A stretch of DNA of 64,000 nt, taken from the NCBI GenBank assembly GCA_965153285.1, contig OZ229110.1; one strand, 5' to 3'. The notes beneath the pieces were generated by a model. That model was not told where the DNA came from. It saw nothing but the letters and a program-made list of their open reading frames with translations, and made no database searches. Made by a program: the position numbers and the translations under genes. Shown piece after piece: positions 9,231-19,130 of the stretch. Every line of letters begins with the position of its first letter. The stretch's first letter is position 1. Source of the stretch: Podarcis tiliguerta (taxonomy: Eukaryota).

Positions 9231-12200
9231 CTACAGACAGAGAAGAAGAAAGTTAGGACTATCAAGCAGCCACTGGTCAGTTTGACATCTGCATAGGGTG
9301 GACTGATCTTCATCAAAGTGAATGTCCTGAATGCAGTGGCGTAGCGTGAGGGGTGCAGGGGGGGCCGGCCGCACCGGGCGCAACATCTGGGGGTTAGGGT
9401 TAGGGGGCGCAAATTCACGAGTTAGGGGGCGCAAATCCACGAGTTAGGGGGCGCAAATTACTTGCCTTGCCCCGGGTGCTGACAACCCACGCTACGCCAC
9501 TGCCTGAATGTCCTGCAAAAAAAGTTTGTTTGCTTGCTTAATTATATTAAAACACTAATTGAGGAGAGGGGAATAAAGAACATTGCTGTGCACTAGTTTG
9601 GAAAAAAACATGTTGATCTGTGTGTAGAGACAGATGTACATGCTGCCGCTTTAGATGACATGATTGTACGAAGGCGTGTACAGTTACCACCTGCAATGTA
9701 CAAAAGCATATTGTGGGGGGAAACCAACACCAGTGTGCTTAAAAGACTACATTTCTGCACAGCCTAAAGTGTTCTGTTTCACTGTTTATGTCCTTATGTT
9801 TTAGGGAGTTATCTAGTTCTGGTAAAAAGGGCATTTTCTCAGAAAAATGCCACAACAGGCAAAATAAAACTATGTAGCAAGCGTAACCTCACCTCAAAAT
9901 CATTCCCTTTGTTGTAGTGCACATTGAGGATCCGGAAGAGCTCAGAGTCCCTGGTCACAATGAGGTCACTGGGATCTGTGAGGTCCTCCAAGACGGCTTG
10001 CCTGGCAAACTTTTCCATCTGGATGTAATAAAATTCACGGAAGTTGCTAAACCACTTGATGAGCTGGGAGGTGATGCAGCGGGTGAACTATGGAAAGAAC
10101 ATGTAACATGGTATTCTTGGATATGTACATCCTAACAAGCACCTCCTACCTGTGTGGATGGGAAATATTGAGACAGATTTTGGAGGCATAACATTGAAAA
10201 CACCCATGGTAAAGGAGCATGAACACATGAGCAGAAACAGTGAGTCATAGGCATATGACTCCCCTGATGCAGACAGCTTGTCTTCTTAATTAGCAGGTTC
10301 CACCTTGCCCTTTTATTTTGGAGCAGAAGTCATTTTCAATAGGGCGAGGGGGCAACAGACAGATTGTGTGGCTGATGTGATCCTCTAGAGTTTTCTACAC
10401 TACATCTCCCACCATCCCTGACATGCTGGCTGAGGTTGGAGTTCAACAATACCTGGAGAGGCCTATGTTAACCACCGCTGAACTAAAAGAATAATTCCAG
10501 GGAAAAATATGTCCTTTGCTAATCAAGCCATACTTTCAAGCAAACCTATTAGTAGGTCTTGCCCACAAAGATAAGCACTGCCAGGTTTTTACTGGGAATA
10601 TATGCATTATATCAAAAACCAGGTCAAACCTCTATTTTAATTCCTTCTTCAACTTCTTGTGGAAAACAATGCCTCTATAAGTCTATAGCACCAATGGGCC
10701 ATCCATTCCTCCCCTCCCCCCGCCATCCATTGTGAATAAGCATAATAATGTTGCTGCTCTGTAAACTGTCACTAGGGACCACCAACACTCCACCACTGAT
10801 CTCCAAAGAGGCCTTGCGCTTCACTCATGAGAAAAGGCAGGGAAATTCTGAACTGTTCTGTGGTATGCTCTGATTCCAACCTGACACCCACAACCTTACG
10901 GAGGATGTACTGATCCAATCCAATGAATTATTTTAATTATTGACTTTCCACCTTTCTCCATCAAAATCAAACCTAATATAGCTCACCAATAAACAAACAA
11001 ACCCCAGAATGAAACATTTTGTCCAAATGAGAGGCTGGGGACTAGGCAGAGAGGCAGGAGTGGTACAGTCTAAAATTATTATTTATTTTGTAAGTATTAA
11101 ATTTGTATACAGCCCTTCATCCGTAGATCTCGGGCTGCTTCACAACATAAAACTACAATATAAAAACACAAATACATAATATAACAACAAACAAACAAAC
11201 AAACAACCCCTCACCCACCCCTCAATTACAATTATTTTGTACATACTGGTATGCACATTTGCTAGCTGGTACTTATTTCTTGCAATACCTTTCTTCCTCT
11301 TTCAGTTTCTTGGAACAAAACCTGGTCAACATCTGCACATTTTTACATTAACTTTGGAATACAATAAGCCGAATACTTTTACCTGGACGTCTAGGAAGTA
11401 GGTTTTCAGCAGAGAAGATGTGGGGTAGCGAGAGAAGAAGAACATCAGCTTAGCCTTTTTCAGATGACCAGGGGTTAAAGCTTCCTGGATGTAATTCGGA
11501 GTCAAGGAAAAAGTTGCTTGCTGTTCCCAGTCCCCCAAGCTAACATTAGTTGGGGCTGTGTAACACTCTACCTTGCGGAACAATTGCTGAACAATGTTTA
11601 AGGGCTGCCAACTCCTGATGCAGAGCTATTGATGGCAAATGCTGTTCCTTGTTGTCATTATATAGCAGTGATTCCATGTCTATCAATTGTAGCCTGCAGG
11701 AATCAACTTGTCACAGCAAGAGGAAGGGGAGGAAGCTGAGCAGTCAAGTTACTGAGTGCAGGTTCTATCGTCCCTGTTAGTTTTCTCAATGATCAAAGCT
11801 ATTACAATGCAGGATCTCACCCTAGGTCAGGAGTTATTCATCAGGAGTAGTATCTGACCTAGGGTGAGATCCTGCATTGTACCAGTCACTTGTTTGACTT
11901 GCATTTATTTTTCTGGAAATCTCTCTTGTTCCATAGGCACATGTAGTGCAGTTAAGCTTCCCAGATCCAGATCCTAAAAGAACCAATCCTAAAAGGAAGG
12001 CAGAATTTGTTTAGGTGTGTCTTTACTTGCAGTGGTGAGGGAAGCTTCACCTGAGATAATTTTTCCTTCTGCACAGCTCTTAAAGGTGTGATAGCTCTCT
12101 AAATGTTTGGGCATCATGAGGGCCCTTAACACAGTGTTGAATCTTGAATAGTTCAGATGCTGAGGTCAGGCTTTTATGGGCTAATCTGACAGAGAATGTT

Positions 12201-14983
12201 TAAGAGAGACAGTGCCTTTACTAAGGAGAACTAGGCAGAGCTAGATGAGCTGCAAAGCCTGTATTTTAGCCTAGCCTATTGTTACATCGCTGTTGCTAAG
12301 AGATTAAAAAACCAAGTTGAAATATATGGTACTTACATATAAACTAAGGACATTAACAAACCAAGATACAATTAAGTTAACAAAATCTCTTTATGGGTCT
12401 TTGCAGCAGAAAAGATAAATCTAGTAACTATTTTTGCTATTATTTTGTTTGTGTCAGCCAATAACTAGATCCTTCCTGGGTATTTTAGCAGGGTGGGAGT
12501 AAATAATTTATTCTGGTCACCTCTATAAAAGTTACATACAAAAACCCTCATGTGTTAATGTTTCTGTTGCTCCATTCCTGCAAGGGCAGAGCCATTTGAT
12601 GAATGAGATAAACTTTTACTTACTTCTTATTAAGTTCTATAAATTTATCCAGAACATAAAGTAGTGGAGTTGTCCTGTTTCTTCATGTAATGAGGGAAAC
12701 CTGTAAGATTCTGGTTACAGAATGTCAAAATATGTTATTTGCTGTTCAAATATGCTAGCTCAATGTGATGTGAAATGCTACAATCAAGTGTGTGCAAAAC
12801 AAAAATCCCATTGGGGTCACTTGGTTAGAAACTGTTTTTGGAGGATGTATTTTGGAGTGGGGCGATGAGTGCATAACCCATTCCCACCCCCACCCCCGCA
12901 GCAATGCCCCTGATACTGAAGTAAAATACTTTTGACTGGATGTCTGAATCTCAGTAAGGATGGTGCCAGTATTAGTGGGGGGAAACAAAAAAAAGTGCAT
13001 TATAGTTAGACGTAATATGCACTGGAAGGCTGGTGAATTTTCCTGAGGATAATAAAAAAAACACCAATGGAAACTGAAAAAATAGTTAGAAACTGGGAGA
13101 AGCTGTAATGAACAGATTTGCCTACTACTAACAGCCACTCATGGGACGCGGGTGGCGCTGTGGGTAAAACCTCAGCGCCTAGGACTTGCCGATCGAAAGG
13201 TCGGCGGTTCAAATCCCCGCGGCGGGGTGCGCTCCCATCGTTCGGTCCCAGCGCCTGCCAACCTAGCAGTTCGAAAGCACCTCCGGGTGCAAGTAGATAA
13301 ATAGGGACCGCTTACCAGCGGGAAGGTAAACGGCGTTCCGTGTGCTGCGCTGGCTCGCCAGATGCAGCTTGTCACACTGGCCACGTGACCCGGAAGTGTC
13401 TGCGGACAGCGCTGGCTCCTGGCCTATAGAATGAGATGAGCGCACAACCCTAGAGTCTGGCAAGACTGGCCCGTATGGGCAGGGGTACCTTTACCTTTTT
13501 AACAGCCACTCACAGCTGATGCAAGATGCTGATGACGCAGGAAGGATATATGTGTTGAAGGGAAGTACATTCCATCCATCAAAGCTTGCATTTCAGCCAA
13601 CTCTGAATTTGAAGCTGGAAGAGAGGCCAAACTTTCAATTTCAGCAGATTTATAGGGTGTTGGACATCGCTGGTGTCTCATGACAGATGACTTCAGTTTG
13701 ATTGGTCGCCATGGCCTATCTAAGCATTCTGGAGAAGGGACCATTTTGGGAGACAGGCTGCCCCAAGGGCTATTCTGGCCACATAGCAGCATTTGGCTAA
13801 AAATACTGTTTCCTTGAACTTCAGAGGTCATAACCAAGGGATAATTCACGGGTGGTACTTGGCAGGGTTTTCTCTCCATTTTTGAGCGGATGAGATAGGA
13901 AGGGAAAGCAGGAGGTTTTTCTGTGGCTACTGAAATGGTGCTTTTATGGGAAGAAATCTTAGGAAGCCATTTGCTGGATGCACTTGCTGCAGCACCTGTA
14001 AATTCTCTCCCAGTAGAGGAGGCTGTTACTGTGGGACTACTTGGCAGATGGGGCTGAGGGCCTGGGGATTCAGGCAAGACTTGCTTCAAGACAGAATCCA
14101 CAGCCTGTGTCACCACCTGTATTAACTCACGTTTCAATATCTCTGAAAGAGCTCTGTCTTCTGAAGTCAGACTATGCGAATCTGATGTTCTAGTTCCTTT
14201 CTCTGACCATTCAGATCCTCTCGTCTTGGGGATGTTTCTACAAAAACGATCTCTGCGATGGCCACTTGAAACACATTGACTACCGCTATCCAAGCTTTGT
14301 CCAAACTTCTCCTTCAGCAAACCCAAAGTCTTCTCCATACTTCCTTGGCTTGGACTGGAATCATTCAGCTCATGAGGCTGAGCGAACCTCTCTTGTAGTT
14401 GCTTCAGCTGCTGCTGCAAAATGTGGAGCTGTTTTTTCAGCTGGAGGCATTCTTCCACTTGAATACCACTTTGGCCAGCTCTTGCCAGAGAAATATCGTG
14501 CAGACTTTGCTGCTGAGGAACTCTCTGCTTTCTCTTGTTCTCTCTATAGCTCCCCTTTACTTTCTCTAAATGGTTTTGATCTCCTTCCACTTGGATACCA
14601 GGCACTATAGGGTTTGGTGTCAGGCTCATTCCCCGGATAATATTTTCCACCCTGGCCCTCTTAGCTTGCAGGTGTTCATTATGGAACTGACTAGAGTTAA
14701 TCAAGCCACAGTCAGGACTCGGGGAGGAGGCTTCCCTGGACCAGGTGCCATTCCCAGCACTTTGGAACAGCAGTTCAGTTTTCTGTGAGGAAGGGAGAAG
14801 AAAGCTAGTATCTAGCTCACCGTTAGGTTCTGGCTGGCTGAGGAGATGCGATATTATGGATGCATAGTAAGAAGCAGGGGAAAAGAAACAGTCTCTTTCA
14901 ACACAAGTGTCTCCTTTTTGTCCACCAGCATGTCCAGAAGTAGGTCTGTAATCACAATGATCAGCAATAGGATTCCCATTCAT
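9045..14983 (-). CDS. PROX2: Prospero homeobox protein 2 (4 coding exons, 640 aa)
   Basis: Exons 14983-13550, 11490-11383, 10087-9893, 9230-9045 splice in frame; [13 protein letters not shown] motif, prospero homeodomain [15 protein letters not shown]...[16 protein letters not shown] and Prospero domain [16 protein letters not shown]; position next to DLST. Confidence 0.95.
9334..9502. mobile_element. hAT-type MITE with internal telomere-like tandem repeats
   Basis: Perfect 15-bp TIR CAGTGGCGTAGCGTG; perfect 8-bp TSD CCTGAATG (9326-9333, 9503-9510). Confidence 0.88.
9893..10087 (-). CDS. PROX2: PROX2 coding exon 3 ([21 protein letters not shown]...NDFE)
   Basis: AG/GT boundaries, 195 nt, phase 0-0. 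Confidence 0.95.
11383..11490 (-). CDS. PROX2: PROX2 coding exon 2 ([18 protein letters not shown]...DVQ)
   Basis: Preceded by AC acceptor and U12 branch site; 108 nt; GT donor. Confidence 0.93.
11803..11881. repeat. Perfect 28-bp inverted repeat with 23-nt loop
   Basis: TACAATGCAGGATCTCACCCTAGGTCAG (11803-11830) / exact reverse complement (11854-11881). Confidence 0.95.
13143..13499 (+). mobile_element. Sauria SINE (subfamily ending ...GGGCAGGGGTACCTTTACC)
   Basis: Full length; TSD TAACAGCCACTCA (13129-13141, 13500-13512). Confidence 0.92.
13550..14983 (-). CDS. PROX2: PROX2 large first coding exon (478 aa)
   Basis: Long ORF from ATG 14983; likely acceptor TCTTTTGCCGCTCCAG upstream (exon start ~15124). 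Confidence 0.9.
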
Positions 14984-16241
14984 ATCTATTTCTCCTTTGA
15001 GATGCAGGGTTAGTATCCAACAAAATAGTAGGAGTTATTTGGGTAAGGAGATTGTAATACAGGCACAACTTATGAATGCGACACAATAGGTGATGACTTT
15101 TCTTTTTTAAAAAAGGCCAGAAATCTGGAGCGGCAAAAGAAAGGAAGAGAATATATACTATCTAGTATTTTATAAAAATAATAAGCCTTCCATATGTACG
15201 GAAATGATTCTTTCCTTTATTCATCTTCTATCTCTGTTCAAATACTCCAGTCTGTCTAGAGAAAACAAACAATAGAGCTGGAAGAGTTGGAAAATTCTAC
15301 ACCCAGCCCAAAGTAGTATATCATATGTTCTAAGAAGCATCCCCCAAGAGATCCTACAACATTCCCATTATCCTATAACACTGCTAAACTGTTCTTATAA
15401 TGAGTAAGAATTTCTGAACATTTAACTGAAATCTACCCTGTTGGGATAATTTGCTCTCAACATACCCTCCTATCTAATCACGGCATTCTTTCTGGCGCTC
15501 TTTTGTACCTTCTGTGCCTATTTTGGCTGCAGTGAATATGCCAATGTTGACTGAATTACAGGAGTCAGGTGTTCATCAGGGTAGGTCTTTTATGGATTGA
15601 AGCCCCACATTTGTGCCAATGCAAGCATGCTCACCAGTCATGACCATGTTACAACTAGGGCTACTATCTGCATCCTTATAGTCTCCTCCAGAAATCTCTA
15701 AAGAAAGAATGTAAAAACACAGCTACAGTACTGTGAGAAACTATTTCCATCAGCTGCCAAAGGTACTTTACCAAACAGCCAAACCTCTCACTGCATACAG
15801 AAGACATTGAACAGTAAGACATTATCTCAAGATATTGAAAGAATCTGATGCCCTTTCCAAAACAACCTTTCTCAAAAAGTTTTCTCAAGAGGAATCCTGA
15901 CAAATTCATAATGACTCAGTCCTGAATTCAGACCCAAATTTCTCTGAGACACGCACCAAATGTCTGGGTACTTCATCAAACTTTCTTAAGATCTCTGTAA
16001 ATAGTTATTGACACTTCTTAAATCCTTCTCAGCAATCAGACACTACCCAAATAATAAAAGTTGCTTTTTCATACCCTCAAACTGCAATTGGAAAGAATTT
16101 TAAAGGAGATTCTAAAAGAAAAAGCATGATAAAAAGGTATTGTCAGAGATATTTTAAAAACAAGTTGCTTCTACACTCTTTCTAACTAAAATCTGCAAAG
16201 TTAAACCTCCACACAGAGATTGTGTAGCATTGACCACTTAC

Positions 16242-16416
16242 CTTGGCTGGCAAAGGTATATGGAATGCTACTCTGTACTTTTACAGCATCTGCAGACCCG
16301 TTTACTGAGAAAGAGGGCACTGAATCACTGGTGCTGTCATTAATGATCCCTCTAACTGCAGCACCAGTCACAGGGCTGTGAAGAAGGCCAACAGCAGCCA
16401 ACCAGCTTGAAGAAGC
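16242..16416 (-). other. PROX2: Putative PROX2 5' UTR exon
   Basis: Acceptor TTCTGTTTTACATATTCATAG and strong donor AAG|GTAAGT; no transcript evidence. Confidence 0.35.
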
Positions 16417-18199
16417 CTATGAATATGTAAAACAGAAATGCAACCATCAGGTGCAGTTCACATGTGGGATTTAACATTTACACTGTGGTTGCTCCCGGAC
16501 AACCTGTTTCTTCAGTATTTATTTTGATTTGTTTGCAGGGAGATTAGATGGCAGCTATTTATTGAGCATTCATTCTGATTTGTTTGTGTGGAGGTTAGTT
16601 CAAGCAAGAGTTATTATCCTACACTTTATTGCAAAAAGCCAAATTTAGGGGACATGGGTTTGTTGTGGAAGAGCTCCAATAGCACAACCTACATTTGATG
16701 GTATGTGAATGAATTCCACCTCAAAGCGTCATTTGAACAATAATGGCTCTTTCAAACAAAAAATGGAAGTTACTCTCAAGTATTGTCAGCCAAATGAGGA
16801 CTTGACTGGCCAATTGATCAGTGCTGAGTCTCAGTAATTTCTGAAACCACCTTCTTAGCTTTAAATATAATAAAAAGATATAAAAAGATTTTTAAAAATC
16901 CTTAATTCACAGTAAGGTGGCAGATGAGGCAGAGGATTCACTTCATTGAGTCTCAAACAGCTCTGCTGCCCTCTACCAATGGAGTTCCCTTTTCTGCCCA
17001 CCAAATGTATGGGTGGGTGTGGAAAATCCCGAAAGGTTTTTGTTTGCCCCCCACTTTCTGCCCTAGGTAGCATGGGTGAGTGATGGAGCTGCGGATACAG
17101 CGGTGCCTACACTGCTCTTCTTCAAACCTCACCACTTCCCAACAGGGGTTTGTATTGCTCTACCTTGCAGGGGGCCCCAAAAACTTTGCCACTTTGGCTA
17201 GGTGAGTTGCACTGCTGGCCTGCCACTAGGCAGAGGTGGGGCAATCACTTCAGGTGGCAAGTGTTAGGCGGCAGCACCCGGCCATTCCGCCTGAGCTTCC
17301 AGAAATGTGGATGCCACAAAACCTGTCCTGAGCTCCCTGAACAAGCCTCTTTTCTCAGGTGAAATGAAAGGTTCTGCCCTGTCTTCAATGCCATTCCAGT
17401 AAGGTTCTGCGTGTGAAGCAAGGCACCAACTTGTCCTTCATCTCAGGCTGCAAAACGTATTGAGCCAGCCTTGGCGGAAAGACAGCACTATCCTGTCTCG
17501 CTTATGAGCTCGCAGGCATTGGGCTGCCCACCGTTGGAAACTGGAGGCTGGACTAGGTTAATCCTGGATCTTACATCCAGCAAAGTAACTGTTGCGTTTA
17601 CAGCGTGCTTGTGCATTAAATCATGCTGCAAAGAAAGGGCAATGACTTAGATCCAAAAATAAGGAAGGTCGTGGCAGGAAACTTGTCTCCCTTTCCTTCC
17701 TTTCTGCAGCCGCCCACGCAAACCGCGAAGCAGATGGGCGTGCGGGGCACAGCTGTCAACTTTCCCCTTTTCTTGCGAGGAATCCTATTCGGAATAAAAA
17801 AAGGAAAACGTTGACAGCTATGGTCCAGTGTGGTTAACTTAGGGAAGTTCTCAGAAGGAAAGTTTCCTGTCCAGTTCTGCCCCCTGCAGCCCCACTTCCC
17901 AGAGCACACCCCTCCTTGTTCGAGGGCTCGCCTCTGCAAATGCTTTTGAGGGAAACGCACACGACTGCAGGACTGGAAGATGCAGGGCAAGATCTGGAGC
18001 CCACAGAGATAGAAAAAATTAGAGTGACAACTTGCTTAATGGAGAGGGATTCTCCTGGAGCTATATATACATATATTCTACAGTTAGAAAGATCGTTTTC
18101 GGGTGTGTGTTTTGCTTGAGGGAGGAACAGCATGGTGCACAAGCACAGCCACTACTGCTGCTCATTTGCGCTCCTGCAGAGGCTAAAAGCGGCCTTTGC

Positions 18200-19130
18200 A
18201 ATCGACTCTGAAGCTGGACGCCGCGTGCTCCTCTTCACTCTTGTAGGGTCTACGCCGGCTGCCGCTCTCCTCGCCCTCAGGGCCGTTCTGCTCCCCGACT
18301 TCTCCTCGCCCCGCCCTCCCTTTGTGCTTCGGGGAGCCGCGATTGGTACAGCCCGTCGCGCCCTGCCCCTTTCTCGAGCCGCGGTTGGTCGATCCCAGGC
18401 TGCATCCGGCCTCCGCCGGGCCTGCTTCCGGTGTGCGCCCTGGGGCTCTTCCTGCCGCCGCCGCCGCCGCCGCCTCTTCCTCCGCGATGCTGCTTCTTTC
18501 TCTGGCCCGGGCTCGCTGCCTCAACCGGGCGCTCGGGCGCTCGTTCTGCGCCGCTCGGCAGGTACCACCTCCCGCAGGGGAAGACGGAGGGGCAGGTCGC
18601 GGGCTGGGGCCGCCACGAAGGTGCTGACGGGCACCAAGGGCAACGGGGGGACGCGGGGCGGCGAGGCGGGGGAGGCCGCAGTCGTGCCCGGGGGAAGGCT
18701 GCCCTGCCTCGCCTCGCCCCGCTGCCTCTTGCCCGTGGCTAACGGAAGGCCCCGAACGGGCTGCTGAAGGCGAGCGGGGAGCGGCTCTTATCTTGGGGCG
18801 CCTCCCGTTGCCTCCGGGCCCTGCCCGTTTTCAGGGCGAGGCGAGGTCAGGCATGGAACTGAACGGCAGCCGTCGGGCACCTCGGAGCCCAAGGCCGGCA
18901 GGGGATCCTGCCGGGCGTGAAGGTGGCTCTGAAGGTTGAAGCGCAGCGCGACAGCTTGGCGACGCCTAATATCACGCGTGGCTCTTGTGCCTCTGTATCG
19001 GCGGGTGTCGTCCCCCTACAGCAGCCTGCGCGGTAACCGCGAAGGTTTGTTGAGCAGGTGTGACCCCGGTTGACCTCGCACCGCGGATGTCTGCGAACGA
19101 TGCCCCTCTCCGCCCGGCCCGGAAGCAGGG
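18200..19130. promoter_or_regulatory. CpG island / DLST promoter (head-to-head with PROX2)
   Basis: Very CpG-rich; inverted CCAAT (GATTGG ~18340), ETS-like CTTCCGG ~18426, (GCC)n in 5' UTR. Confidence 0.8.
18487..18561 (+). CDS. DLST: DLST exon 1 ([25 protein letters not shown])
   Basis: GCGATG start; CAG|GTACC donor; Arg-rich transit peptide. Confidence 0.85.

Larger units (their letters stand above)
11491..13549 (-). other. PROX2: U12-type (minor spliceosome) AT-AC intron of PROX2
   Basis: 5' site ATATCCTTCC (13549-13540); branch site TTTCCTTGAC (11510-11501); terminal AC (11492-11491); splicing joins ...PSTH to IQE... in frame. Confidence 0.92.

Noticed and set aside
18132-18767. 211-aa ORF over the DLST CpG island
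   Set aside because: Low-complexity Arg/Ala/Gly product of GC-rich DNA; the real DLST exon 1 is in another frame
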